Positions 9,032 to 18,451 of a DNA stretch of 64,000 nt are shown in pieces. How positions within the stretch are numbered: position 1 is the first letter of the stretch; every line of letters begins with the position of its first letter. Made by a program: the position numbers and the translations under genes. The DNA is taken from positions 26,136-90,135 of the forward strand of contig LCGL01000002.1 of the NCBI GenBank assembly GCA_000999715.1. The letters are read 5' to 3'. The notes under the pieces are model-generated. The model made no database searches. It was not told the DNA's origin and saw nothing but the letters and a program-made list of their open reading frames with translations. The stretch is from Candidatus Falkowbacteria bacterium GW2011_GWF2_43_32 (GTDB lineage: Bacteria > Patescibacteriota > Patescibacteriia > Patescibacteriales > UBA12465).

Positions 9032-10285
9032 ATGGACAAGAAAACAATTGACAAGCCCAGCTTGTATGCTTTATTAGGCGTTGATGCCCAGAAAACAGAC
9101 GTGCGAAATACTTTTCGGGAAATCATCGATAATGATTTTCCCGGCTCGTTTGTAAACATCGTTTATGACCCCAATGTTTCCGGAATTACCAATTTTTTAC
9201 AGGTACTGCTTCGTTGCCGGGATCGTCGCGTGCTTACTCAGCATGCCGACGGCGACGGCAGTAAATCGGTACAACGAGTCTTGCATTATTTGATAACTGG
9301 CGAGACCGAACAATTGGGATATATGTTGGACGACGCTTTCTCCATGAATACGTCCGATATCGCCGCCAGCGGCTTTGTTTCCGGCCCCTTGATTGTCACT
9401 CAATTATTGAACTCCAATCTCAATAGTTTAAAAAACGGTTTGAAGCATATTGTGATGGAAGAATTGAAAAATCGTTGGTTGGAATTGCGGTCTCTTTACG
9501 AAAGTCACGGTTTTAAAATCAAATTTCTCGGCGGCGAAACGGCCGATTTGCCTCAACAGATTTGGTCGTCGGTTTTTGACATGACGGTCACTTCTTTTAC
9601 GCGCGCCAGCCGCATCATCAAAGGCGATGTTGTCCCGGGCGATAAGATTTGGGGCTTGTCCAGTACCGGTTGCGCCGTTTGGGAACAGGTCGACAATTCC
9701 GGTTTGATGTCCAAAGGTTTGACTTTGGCGCGGACAGCCTTGGTGAGCAGAGAATATAACAGCATCAGTCCAAGACTGAGACAACCGGCGGATTTTTATC
9801 GCGGACATTTTTTGTTGGACACTCGTCCGGAAATTTTGCAAGGCCTGAGCATCAGCGAGACGTTAATGTCTCCGACCAGACAGTGGGCGATTGTAATCAA
9901 GAAATTGCTAGACCGATTGCGTATGTGGGGTCTTCTGCATTTGGTGCACGGTATCAGTATCAACACCGGCGGCGGCGCCACCAAAATCAGGCACATCGGC
10001 CAGGGAGGAATCGTTTATTATAAAGAGATGCCTTTACCGGCGCCGATTTTTCAATTGATTCAACAAGAGTCGGGCGAAAATTGGAAGTATATGTTTGAAA
10101 CCTTTAATTGCGGTATCGGGATTGATATTGTCGGTAAAAACGATTCTTTGTTGGAGATGATATTGATGGAAGTCGCTAGCGACTGCGGTATTGACTGCCA
10201 TACTCTTGGCGAATGTCTTCCTCATGCCAATCCGCAGGAAAATCGGGTGGTGTTAAACACCTTGGACGGAAATTTTGTTTATTGA
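9032..10285 (+). CDS. AIR synthase-related protein (PurM-like fold)
   Basis: 417 aa with AGGAGG-like GGAGG 9 nt upstream. The start, YALLGVDAQKTDV, resembles the PurM Y..AGVD segment. A GGETADLP-like segment is present. It is longer than canonical PurM, so the exact function is uncertain. Confidence 0.55.
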   Translation: MDKKTIDKPSLYALLGVDAQKTDVRNTFREIIDNDFPGSFVNIVYDPNVSGITNFLQVLLRCRDRRVLTQHADGDGSKSVQRVLHYLITGETEQLGYMLDDAFSMNTSDIAASGFVSGPLIVTQLLNSNLNSLKNGLKHIVMEELKNRWLELRSLYESHGFKIKFLGGETADLPQQIWSSVFDMTVTSFTRASRIIKGDVVPGDKIWGLSSTGCAVWEQVDNSGLMSKGLTLARTALVSREYNSISPRLRQPADFYRGHFLLDTRPEILQGLSISETLMSPTRQWAIVIKKLLDRLRMWGLLHLVHGISINTGGGATKIRHIGQGGIVYYKEMPLPAPIFQLIQQESGENWKYMFETFNCGIGIDIVGKNDSLLEMILMEVASDCGIDCHTLGECLPHANPQENRVVLNTLDGNFVY

Positions 10286-10316
10286 GAAAACTTGTTAATC
10301 GGCAAAAATTTTGCCG

Positions 10317-10352
10317 AAAACCCGCGCCTAAAATCAGGTTGCGGGTTTTTTA
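10317..10352 (+). terminator. rho-independent terminator
   Basis: AACCCGC / GCGGGTT stem followed by T6. It is preceded by a GGCAAAA/TTTTGCC palindrome at 10301-10315. Confidence 0.65.
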
Positions 10353-10373
10353 TTGCCGACCGGGCAAACGATC

Positions 10374-10443
10374 CGCCAAATCAATTAAGCTTGAGAAGAG
10401 AATTGAAGCCGCTTGGCTTGACTATTTTCATAAAAAGAAGTAA
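10374..10443 (+). pseudogene. relic of an XRE/HigA-like antitoxin 3' part (dispersed ~80-bp element, copy 1)
   Basis: 10374-10408 matches 35724-35758 at 31/35 nt. In frame it reads AKSIKLEKRIEAAWLDYFHKKK*. There is no upstream HTH-coding part. Confidence 0.35.
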
Positions 10444-10548
10444 GATATGAAAGACTTAACGAAAGATTACGTCAAACTGCGTAATTTTTTTATTTACGGG
10501 AAAATACAGATTTTTATTCGGGATTTTAAAACTATTTATTTTTAAAAT

Positions 10549-12333
10549 ATGGAAATTCGCAATATCGCCATCATCGCTCACGTCGATCATGGCAAAACAA
10601 CTTTAACCGACGCTTTGATGCGCCAGACCGGCATGTCCGATGACAGCGTCAGCATGGACTCCAACGATTTGGAAAAGGAGCGGGGAATCACGATTTATTC
10701 CAAAAATACTTCGGTCTTTTATCGCGACACGAAAATCAATATCGTGGACACTCCCGGCCACGCCGATTTTAGTTCGGAGGTGGAGCGGATTTTGCGTTCC
10801 ATCGATTGTGTGCTCTTGCTTGTTGACGCGCAAGAAGGCCCGATGCCGCAAACCAAGTTCGTCTTAAAAAAATCTTTGGAACTCGGTTTGAAACCGATTG
10901 TCATTATCAATAAAATCGACAAACCGGCGGCTCGTCCGGAAGCGGTTAATGAAATGGTTTATGAATTGTTTTTGGATTTGGGAGCGAGTGACGAACAATT
11001 GAATTTTCCGGTTATTTTCGCCGCCTCCAAACAGGGCATCGCCAAGCGCCAATTGGCCGACGAATCGGATAATTTGAATCCTTTGTTGGATCTTATTTTG
11101 GAACATGTTCCGGCCGCCTCTTCCGCCTTATCCGAGGGCAAACAATTATTGGCCCAGCCCTTTAATTTGGCTTATGATAATTTCTTGGGACGCTTGGCCA
11201 TTTGCCGCGTTTACGAAGGCAAAATCAAGGCGGGACAACCGGTTCATGTGCGGGAATTAAACGGAGAAACGCGTCAGAGAAACATCACCAAGCTTTTTAC
11301 TTTTCACGGTTTGGTTAGAAAAGAAATCAACGAAGCGGCCGCCGGAGATATTATTATGATTGCCGGTTTGCCGAATATCTATATCGGGGAAACGATCGCG
11401 GAAACGGCGGAGCAAGGGGCTTTGCCGGCGATTAAAATCGACGAGCCGACCATTTCGCTCAGTTTCCTGGTCAATAATTCGCCTTTTGCCGGACGCGAAG
11501 GAAAATTTGTCACCAATCGTCAGATTAAAGAGCGTTTGGAAAAAGAATTGGAAGTGAACGTCGGTTTAAAAATAGATTTTTCCGACGCCAGTTATTATAA
11601 AGTTTTCGGCCGCGGCGAATTGCACATTGCGATTCTGCTGGAAAATTTGCGCCGCGAGGGTTATGAATTGCAAGTCTCTCAGCCGCAAGTGATTATCAAA
11701 GAAGAAAACGGCGAAAAAATGGAGCCGTTTGAAGAATTGACTATTGATATTCCGGAAGCGATGACCGGCGTGGTCATCGACAAGATTTCCCGCCGCAAAG
11801 GACGGATGAGCGATTTGAAAACGCATAACGGCCAATCGCGTTTATTGTTTGAAATTCCCACGCGCGGGCTTTTGGGCTATCGCAACGAATTTGTCGTGGA
11901 TACGCGCGGCGAAGGAATTTTATGTTCGCATTTTTTGGGCTTCCGGCCTCATGTCGGCGAAATTGAAAGAAACCAGCTGGGTTCCATGGTTTCCATGATA
12001 ACCGGCAAGGCGCTCGCTTTTTCTTTATGGAATTTGCAGGATCGGGGCACTTTATATATTTCTCCGAATACCGAAGTTTATGAAGGCATGGTCATCGGCA
12101 ATACCGCCAAAGGCAACGATATGGCCGTCAATCCGGTCAAAGGCAAGCAATTGACTAATGTCCGCGCTTCCGGCACCGATGAAGCGATTATTTTGACGCC
12201 GCCTTGGGAGTTATCCTTGGAACGGGCTTTGAGCGTCATGAACGGGGACGAGTATTTGGAAATCACTCCGAAAAATATTCGTTTGCGCAAGCAGTTTTTA
12301 ACCGAAAACGAACGAGCGAAGGCCAAGAGATAA
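10549..12333 (+). CDS. typA: translational GTPase TypA/BipA
   Basis: 594 aa with AHVDHGKTT, DTPGHADF and NKIDK G-motifs and a TypA-type C-terminal domain. Confidence 0.95.
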   Translation: MEIRNIAIIAHVDHGKTTLTDALMRQTGMSDDSVSMDSNDLEKERGITIYSKNTSVFYRDTKINIVDTPGHADFSSEVERILRSIDCVLLLVDAQEGPMPQTKFVLKKSLELGLKPIVIINKIDKPAARPEAVNEMVYELFLDLGASDEQLNFPVIFAASKQGIAKRQLADESDNLNPLLDLILEHVPAASSALSEGKQLLAQPFNLAYDNFLGRLAICRVYEGKIKAGQPVHVRELNGETRQRNITKLFTFHGLVRKEINEAAAGDIIMIAGLPNIYIGETIAETAEQGALPAIKIDEPTISLSFLVNNSPFAGREGKFVTNRQIKERLEKELEVNVGLKIDFSDASYYKVFGRGELHIAILLENLRREGYELQVSQPQVIIKEENGEKMEPFEELTIDIPEAMTGVVIDKISRRKGRMSDLKTHNGQSRLLFEIPTRGLLGYRNEFVVDTRGEGILCSHFLGFRPHVGEIERNQLGSMVSMITGKALAFSLWNLQDRGTLYISPNTEVYEGMVIGNTAKGNDMAVNPVKGKQLTNVRASGTDEAIILTPPWELSLERALSVMNGDEYLEITPKNIRLRKQFLTENERAKAKR

Positions 12334-12472
12334 GCGGTTGTGTTTGTTTATCCGGATCGCTATTTGTTTTAATTTTATCATCCGCCGCCGAATTTCGGTT
12401 TCAGGCGGATTTTGTTTTTCGGATTTTTATGATATAATTTGGAGGGATTAATTTATAAATTTTTAAAAACTT

Positions 12473-13036
12473 ATGAAAAAGAAAACTGGGCTGATTATTT
12501 TGGCCGTGGTTATCGTTATCGGCGGTTGGTTATGGTCGTCTTACAATAAACTGGTGACCACCAACGAATCGGTGGATAATCAATGGGCGCAGGTGGAAAC
12601 TCAATATCAACGGCGTTTTGATTTGATTCCCAATTTGGTCGCCTCGGTGCAAGGCACCATGACTCAAGAGCAGGAGGTTTTCGGCACTTTGGCCGAAGCC
12701 CGAACGCGTTATAGCGGCGCGCAATCCGTGAATGACAAGGTGGCGGCCGCGACCGGCGTGGAGAGCGCTTTGGGACGCTTGTTGGTGGTGATGGAAAATT
12801 ATCCGGAATTGAAATCGGTGGAAGCCACTCAAGCCCTGATGGTACAACTGGAAGGAACGGAAAACCGGATCAGCGTGGAGCGCAGCCGATTTAACGACAG
12901 TGTTAAAAGTTTCAACATTATGATTAAGCGCGTGCCGACCAATTTGGTAGCCACTTGGTTCGGTTTTACGGAAAAAAATTATTTTGCCGCCGTAGCGGCG
13001 GCGGCGGAAGTGCCGGGGGTGGAGTTTAACAATTAA
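12473..13036 (+). CDS. lemA: LemA family protein
   Basis: 187 aa with an N-terminal TM helix followed by YNKLV...W.QVE.QYQRRFDLIPNLV, the LemA signature. Confidence 0.85.
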   Translation: MKKKTGLIILAVVIVIGGWLWSSYNKLVTTNESVDNQWAQVETQYQRRFDLIPNLVASVQGTMTQEQEVFGTLAEARTRYSGAQSVNDKVAAATGVESALGRLLVVMENYPELKSVEATQALMVQLEGTENRISVERSRFNDSVKSFNIMIKRVPTNLVATWFGFTEKNYFAAVAAAAEVPGVEFNN

Positions 13037-13045
13037 TTATCTCCC

Positions 13046-13954
13046 ATGTTCCGTCGTTTATTTATTGTCTTTAGTTTGGTTTTATTTTTGGCGGTCGGCT
13101 TTTCCGCTCGGGCTTATGTTAGCCCCGGGAAGCCGACCGGTTTTGTTAACGACTATGCCAACATTTTGCCGGCGACCGAACAACAAGCCTTGGAGGACAA
13201 ATTAACCGCTTTCAGTCGAGAATCCGGCAACGAAATTTCCCTGGTCATTGTCTCGGATTTGGGAGGCGAGACGATTGAAAATTTTGCGGTCCGGCTATTT
13301 GAGGAATGGGGAATCGGCCGAGAGAAACAGGATAACGGCGTTTTATTGGTAGTGGCTTTAGCCGAAAGGCAGATGCGTTTGGAAGTCGGCTACGGCCTGG
13401 AAGGCGCTTTGCCGGATCTTTTGAGTTATCAAATCATCACCGCCACTTTGCGGCCGGCTTTTCAAAGCGAGGATTATTATGGCGGCCTGGACCGAGCGAT
13501 TGAGCAAATAATGACCGCGACGCGCGGCGAATATCCGATCGGCTTGGATAGCGACCGCCAAGCGGGGAATATCGGTTTTGAAAATTGGTTTTGGTTATTA
13601 TTTTTTGTTTTTTATTTATTGTCCGCTCTGCGTCGGCATTTGGCCAAGAGCCGCAGCTGGTGGCAGGGCGGCGCGTTCGGCGCGGTCATCGGTTTGCTAA
13701 TCGCTTTGATTTTTCTTCGCACCCTTCTGTTCTTGTTGATTTTGCCGGCGGTGTTTATTGTCCTCGGATTGATTTTTGATTTTTTAGTGTCCCGTGTCCT
13801 GCCTCAACCGAAACCGGGGAGCGGCAGAAATAACTTGTGGTGGTTTCTGGGCGGCGGTTCGGGCGGTTCGGGCGGTTTCGGCGGTTCGGGCGGGGGCTTC
13901 GGAGGTTCCGGCGGCGGCCGTTCCGGCGGCGGCGGCAGTAGCGGCGGGTGGTAG
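13046..13954 (+). CDS. TPM domain-containing protein (YgcG-like) with TM segments and Gly-rich tail
   Basis: 302 aa. A signal/TM segment is followed by a TPM-type core (VNDYANIL...NEISLVIVSDLGGETIENFAVRLFEEWGIG...DNGVLLVVA...RLEVGYGLEG). The protein has a GGSGG-rich C-terminus and forms the usual pairing with lemA. Confidence 0.8.
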   Translation: MFRRLFIVFSLVLFLAVGFSARAYVSPGKPTGFVNDYANILPATEQQALEDKLTAFSRESGNEISLVIVSDLGGETIENFAVRLFEEWGIGREKQDNGVLLVVALAERQMRLEVGYGLEGALPDLLSYQIITATLRPAFQSEDYYGGLDRAIEQIMTATRGEYPIGLDSDRQAGNIGFENWFWLLFFVFYLLSALRRHLAKSRSWWQGGAFGAVIGLLIALIFLRTLLFLLILPAVFIVLGLIFDFLVSRVLPQPKPGSGRNNLWWFLGGGSGGSGGFGGSGGGFGGSGGGRSGGGGSSGGW

Positions 13955-14024
13955 CGCCGGGTAAAGATCAGCGGTATTTTAAAAGTTGAGCATTTTGTTG
14001 TTTGTTTGATGATTTGATAAATAG

Positions 14025-14051
14025 AAAAGCCCGATTGGTTCGGGCTTTTTG
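14025..14051. terminator. bidirectional rho-independent terminator
   Basis: AAAAGCCCGA ttggt TCGGGCTTTTT lies between convergent genes. Confidence 0.7.
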
Positions 14052-14097
14052 TCGATTAAGTTTAGCAAGTACGGATAATTGAATATTCCGACGGCAC

Positions 14098-14544
14098 TTA
14101 GTAGCTTAAGATTTCTTCCAGTTGGGACATAATGCCGGGGAACAGATCGTAGAAATAAGTTTTTTTTCTGGTGGACTGGGTCTCCGTTGAAAAATTTTCC
14201 GGTTCAAAAATTTCCGCTAAAGCCAATTCTATTTCGGTTTTTTTAAGGTGACAGCTTTGACAATTAGCTATCTTATCGCGCTTTTTGGCCATTAATTCCT
14301 GAAATTTTTGTTCAAAGTTTTTGGCCTCCGCCAGTTGCGTCAAATCCAGCGACCAGGCCAGATGGGTGATAAACATTAGTGCTTGGCAAAGAGCATCTTC
14401 CCGACGTTCTTCTTTTTTGTCTACGAGTTCATTGATTTTTTTAAAAAAAAGATCGGTGTTCGTGATAATTTTACATTCTTTTTTCAGTTCGCGCGTTATT
14501 TCTTGAACTCCGCGATGATGAGCGTTTTTTTCTTTATTGATCAT
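14098..14544 (-). CDS. hypothetical protein
   Basis: 148-aa ORF with GGAGGA 8 nt upstream on the minus strand. No recognisable motifs. Confidence 0.5.
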   Translation of the reverse strand: MINKEKNAHHRGVQEITRELKKECKIITNTDLFFKKINELVDKKEERREDALCQALMFITHLAWSLDLTQLAEAKNFEQKFQELMAKKRDKIANCQSCHLKKTEIELALAEIFEPENFSTETQSTRKKTYFYDLFPGIMSQLEEILSY

Positions 14545-14713
14545 TTTTGTTCCTCCTGATTATAGTTTATTTAAGTTGTTAAAGATTAGAAATTGTTACA
14601 ATAGATTTCGTTTCATATTACCGCTTATTCTTATTTTTGTCAATTGTCCGAAAAGCTCCCGAAAATAAGAGTTTTTTCGATTTTTATGTTATAATAAAAG
14701 CGTTTATCAGTTG

Positions 14714-15472
14714 ATGATTAATAATATGTTCAAAAATATGTTTAAAAGTAAAAAATTGTCGTCGGAAAGTCAAACTTTTCAGCGGAAACATTTTTTAATC
14801 GGGGCGGTTATTCTGGTGGAAACTTTGGTGCTGTTATTTTTATTTTTGAAACTGACCATGATTAACATCGCGGTTCTGACTTCGCCCGTCTCGTCTTGGC
14901 GGCCGACGGAATTTTCTTTCGTGGAGCCGATGGTCGGCGGCGAAGCCGGGGCCAGCGAGATTTTATCTTTGCCCGACGATCAAATCAATAACATCGATAT
15001 CAGCTTTCAAACTTCGCCGGACGGCGCCAGTTTCGCTTATATCGTAAAAACCGACGCCGGCCAGGCAGTGGTTCTGAACGGTCAGAGCGGCCGGTTTTAC
15101 CCGGAAATCACTTTTATGACTTTCAGCCCCGACAGCCGGCGCTTCGCTTATGGCGCGAAAAGCCGGGACGGCGAACGGGTGGTTTTGGACGGCCAAGAAG
15201 GGAAATTGTATGATTGGATTTTCACGCCGCGATTTTTTACGCCCGACAGCGGCTATTTCGTTTATAAGACGCGGACGGATAAGGGCGATGTGCTGGTTTT
15301 CAATACCAGCGAAACTCAGCCCTACGACCAGATTTATGAACCTTTATTGAGCGCCGATCAAGTGTATAATCCTTTGATCAAATCGGATAAGATTCGGTTG
15401 ATTTATTACGGTCGTCGCGGTTCTACGCTTTGGCAAGGAGTTTTGGAATCGGGTGGCGCCGCCGTTAAATAA
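14714..15472 (+). CDS. membrane-anchored protein with repeated SPDx..FAY..(V/L)(V/L).(N/D)G beta-propeller-like units
   Basis: An N-terminal TM helix is followed by three similar units: SPDGASFAYIVKTDAGQAVVLNG, SPDSRRFAYGAKSRDGERVVLDG and TPDSGYFVYKTRTDKGDVLVF. The ATG is at 14714 (the ORF track uses the TTG at 14711). An extended -10 TGTTATAAT lies at 14687-14695. Confidence 0.55.
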   Translation: MINNMFKNMFKSKKLSSESQTFQRKHFLIGAVILVETLVLLFLFLKLTMINIAVLTSPVSSWRPTEFSFVEPMVGGEAGASEILSLPDDQINNIDISFQTSPDGASFAYIVKTDAGQAVVLNGQSGRFYPEITFMTFSPDSRRFAYGAKSRDGERVVLDGQEGKLYDWIFTPRFFTPDSGYFVYKTRTDKGDVLVFNTSETQPYDQIYEPLLSADQVYNPLIKSDKIRLIYYGRRGSTLWQGVLESGGAAVK

Positions 15473-15498
15473 AAAATATTATTCATTCAAATAAAGAT

Positions 15499-15954
15499 AT
15501 GAATTCTCACTTTGAAAACAACGATAAAAGTCGTTATGATTTAAAGCAAGAAAGGACGGAAAATCAATTTTATAAGAAAATAGAGCAGGAAATTTTAAAC
15601 AGCGATTACTGCTTGAATGACAAAGCGCGCGTTTTAATTAATCAATATGCCTTTGGAATGAATCAGAACGAGACGGAAGCTACTTTATCTTTTTTGGAGC
15701 ATTTTAACGACGAACAGGGGGCTTTGCCCGATGAATTGGGCGAAGAGTATGTTCGCTTGTTTTTTAGCGCCGATAATATTCAAAGACGAATGGAGACCGG
15801 ATTGGATTTCCATCAAGCCGTGGCCGCTTTGGCCGTGGCCGCCAAAGAGAAGCAGGTTATTCTGGACGAAAGATTAATCAACAAGGCGGTCAAGATTGCG
15901 GCTGATGCTTTGGAGGCCGTGGAGGCGGAGACGGAAGGGAAAGCGGCGGTATAA
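15499..15954 (+). CDS. hypothetical acidic protein
   Basis: 151-aa ORF packed tightly between neighbouring genes (26-nt and 23-nt gaps). No motifs recognised. Confidence 0.5.
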   Translation: MNSHFENNDKSRYDLKQERTENQFYKKIEQEILNSDYCLNDKARVLINQYAFGMNQNETEATLSFLEHFNDEQGALPDELGEEYVRLFFSADNIQRRMETGLDFHQAVAALAVAAKEKQVILDERLINKAVKIAADALEAVEAETEGKAAV

Positions 15955-15977
15955 ATAAAATTTAATATCATCAATAT

Positions 15978-18446
15978 ATGAACGGGAACGGTCAGTCGGG
16001 TTTCGGTCGCGGTTCGTTAGCGGGCAAGACAGTTTTAATCGTCAATACGGCGGGCGCCAACGACCCGTTGCATTCCAAGAAGTTTTTTATTAAAAAAATC
16101 AAAAGTTTTGGAGTTAAGGTTTTGGTGTTGAGCCAAGAAGCCAATTCTTTTCAGCCTTACGTCGACTATTGTTTGACGGCCAATACGACCGATTATTTAG
16201 AAGCTTTGACCGCTTTGGATAATTTCTTTAAAGACAAGCCCGAACTTAAGTTGGACGGCGCCATCACTTTTTTGGAAGATGACGTCTTGTTGACCGCCAA
16301 AATCGTCGATAAATACAAACTGGTCGGCACTCCCTATAAAGTCGCCAGTCGTACCCGCAATAAATATTTGTTGCGGGAATTTTGCGCGGCCAATAATCTG
16401 CCGGTCGTTAAATTTTTGGCCTTGAAGCATCATAGAGATTTGGAGGAGGTAATCAAAACTTTTCGTTTTCCGCTGGTAGTCAAGCCGGCCTACGGTGCCA
16501 GTAGCGCCTTTGTGATGAAAGTTAATAATGAAGAGGAACTGCGGGAAAGCTACAGCTACATCAAGCGAGAAATTTCTCCGAAAATAGAATCGGCTTTGGC
16601 TGACGGTCTGGAGGTTTTTGTGGAGGAATATATTGACGGCGATGAGGTGGATTTGGACATTTTGGTACAAAACGGCAAGATTAAATTTTGCGCCATTTCG
16701 GATAACGCCAAAACCAAGGAGCCGTTTTTCATTGAGACTGTCAGAACGACCCCTTCCAACTTGCCGCCCAAGAATCAGGCGGAATTGGTGGCCATGGCCG
16801 ACGAAACGCTGGAGAAACTCGGTATTTTGAACGGTTGCGTCCATTTTGAAGCCAAATCCACGTTGGCCGGTCCGATGCCGATAGAAATTAACCTGCGCCT
16901 GGGCGGCGACGAGGTTTATCCGAGCATCAAGGGCGCCTGGCGCGTGGATTTGGTGGAAAATCTGCTGAAAATCGCCTGCGGAATATATATCCCGAAATTT
17001 AATTTTCCCAACGGACCTTATGAATACTTGGCGGCGGAAACTTTCTCTTCCGCTTATTCGGGCATTATCGTCAATTTGGAAATTGACGCGGATTTGAAGC
17101 GCTGGCCTTTTGTCAAAGAATTCGCTTTTGAAAAAAAGATCGGCGATTCGGTGCTGTCCCCGCCCGACGGCTATGAGTATTTGGGCTGGATTTTGGTTTC
17201 GGGTTTGAACGCCTTGGACGCTTCCGATAATTTGCGTCAGGTGGAAAAAGTCATCAATTATGAAGTGGCCAAATTCCATCCCGCCTCTTTCATCGGTAAA
17301 ACCAGTCGTCGGTCGCCTTTTGCCGCTTCCATGATTAATGTCGATCTTTTGAAGGGGCGCAGTAAGATTGAAAAGATTCGGCGCATGACCATTTCCAACC
17401 AGCGCAATCTGCATATCGGCATTGCCGGTAATTTGTATGAAGAAAGCGGTGCCGACCAGGAAACGGTGGTAGAACAGGATTTGACGGTCATCGGCCGGGA
17501 TATCGCTAAAACTTTGCAGGCGCGAGGCTATAAAATCAGTTTTTTTGATTTTAACGATTTGCCCAAAGCTTTCAACGATTTGAAAAACAGCGATGTTGAT
17601 TTGGTTTTTAACGTTTGCGAACGGGTCAACAATTCCAGTTTGTTGGAGCCGCATGTCGCCGCCATCTTTGATATGTTGCAGATTCCCTATACCGGCTCCA
17701 ATCCCTTTACTTTGGGGTTGTGCATTGATAAGATTCGGGTCAAAAAATTATTGAGTTATCATAAGATTCCCACGCCGGAATGGGACTATGTCTATTCTTT
17801 GGATGATGACATCCGCGAGGATTTGCGTTATCCCTTGATAGTCAAGCCGGCCAACACCGACAATTCCATCGGTATCACCAATGATTCCGTGGTGCGCAAT
17901 AAAGCGGAGTTGGCTCGTCAGTTGGAAAAAGTGATCAAAGAAATCGGCCGGCCGGCTTTGATTGAAGAGTATATTGACGGCGATGAATATGACGTTCCGA
18001 TTATCGGCTCCGAAGAGGATGATTTGCGGATTTTGCCCTTGGCGCGCTCTATTTTTGACGCTCTGCCGTCGGATTTATGGCATATTTATCCTTTTGAAGC
18101 CAAATATACCGAGAGCGAGGCTTATAAAAAAATCGTGGTTCAGCGCCCGCCGAAAAATATCGGCAAGAAACTGGAAACTCTGTTGGGCGAAATCGCTTTG
18201 GATACTTACAATATTTTGGATTGTCATGATTACGGACGGGTGGAAATCAGAGTGGATAAACATAATAATCCTTATGTTTTGGAGTTGAATCCCAATCCGT
18301 CCATTGATGCGGAAGGAACGACGGTCGCCTCAGCAGAAGTGATCGGGATGGATTACGGAGATTTTTTGGAAGAGATTATCCGTTTGGCCATCAAACGTTA
18401 TAAAGACAATCCGCCTTATTATCATCTTCAGCCGAATATTCTTTAA
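15978..18446 (+). CDS. fused double ATP-grasp ligase (N-terminal L-amino-acid-ligase-like module + C-terminal D-Ala-D-Ala-ligase-like module)
   Basis: 822 aa with two complete ATP-grasp signatures. Module 1: FPLVVKPAYGASS...VFVEEYIDGDEVDLDILV...PIEINLRLGGD. Module 2: YPLIVKPANTDNSIGI...ALIEEYIDGDEYDVPIIG...YGRVEIRVDKHNNPYVLELNPNPSI. Confidence 0.75.
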   Translation: MNGNGQSGFGRGSLAGKTVLIVNTAGANDPLHSKKFFIKKIKSFGVKVLVLSQEANSFQPYVDYCLTANTTDYLEALTALDNFFKDKPELKLDGAITFLEDDVLLTAKIVDKYKLVGTPYKVASRTRNKYLLREFCAANNLPVVKFLALKHHRDLEEVIKTFRFPLVVKPAYGASSAFVMKVNNEEELRESYSYIKREISPKIESALADGLEVFVEEYIDGDEVDLDILVQNGKIKFCAISDNAKTKEPFFIETVRTTPSNLPPKNQAELVAMADETLEKLGILNGCVHFEAKSTLAGPMPIEINLRLGGDEVYPSIKGAWRVDLVENLLKIACGIYIPKFNFPNGPYEYLAAETFSSAYSGIIVNLEIDADLKRWPFVKEFAFEKKIGDSVLSPPDGYEYLGWILVSGLNALDASDNLRQVEKVINYEVAKFHPASFIGKTSRRSPFAASMINVDLLKGRSKIEKIRRMTISNQRNLHIGIAGNLYEESGADQETVVEQDLTVIGRDIAKTLQARGYKISFFDFNDLPKAFNDLKNSDVDLVFNVCERVNNSSLLEPHVAAIFDMLQIPYTGSNPFTLGLCIDKIRVKKLLSYHKIPTPEWDYVYSLDDDIREDLRYPLIVKPANTDNSIGITNDSVVRNKAELARQLEKVIKEIGRPALIEEYIDGDEYDVPIIGSEEDDLRILPLARSIFDALPSDLWHIYPFEAKYTESEAYKKIVVQRPPKNIGKKLETLLGEIALDTYNILDCHDYGRVEIRVDKHNNPYVLELNPNPSIDAEGTTVASAEVIGMDYGDFLEEIIRLAIKRYKDNPPYYHLQPNIL

Positions 18447-18451
18447 CGCTT

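Noticed and set aside
13840-13954. Gly/Ser-rich repeat (GGSGGSGGFGGSGGGFGGSGGG...) at the end of the TPM gene
   Set aside because: Glycine-rich C-terminal tails are a common feature of YgcG/TPM proteins. This is a coding low-complexity region, not a separate element.
16197-17654. 485-aa ORF antisense to the double ATP-grasp gene
   Set aside because: It lies fully inside a gene with two unmistakable ATP-grasp signatures on the + strand. Its translation is a low-complexity, Arg/Gln/Phe/Ile-rich shadow with no motifs. This is a typical antisense open frame.
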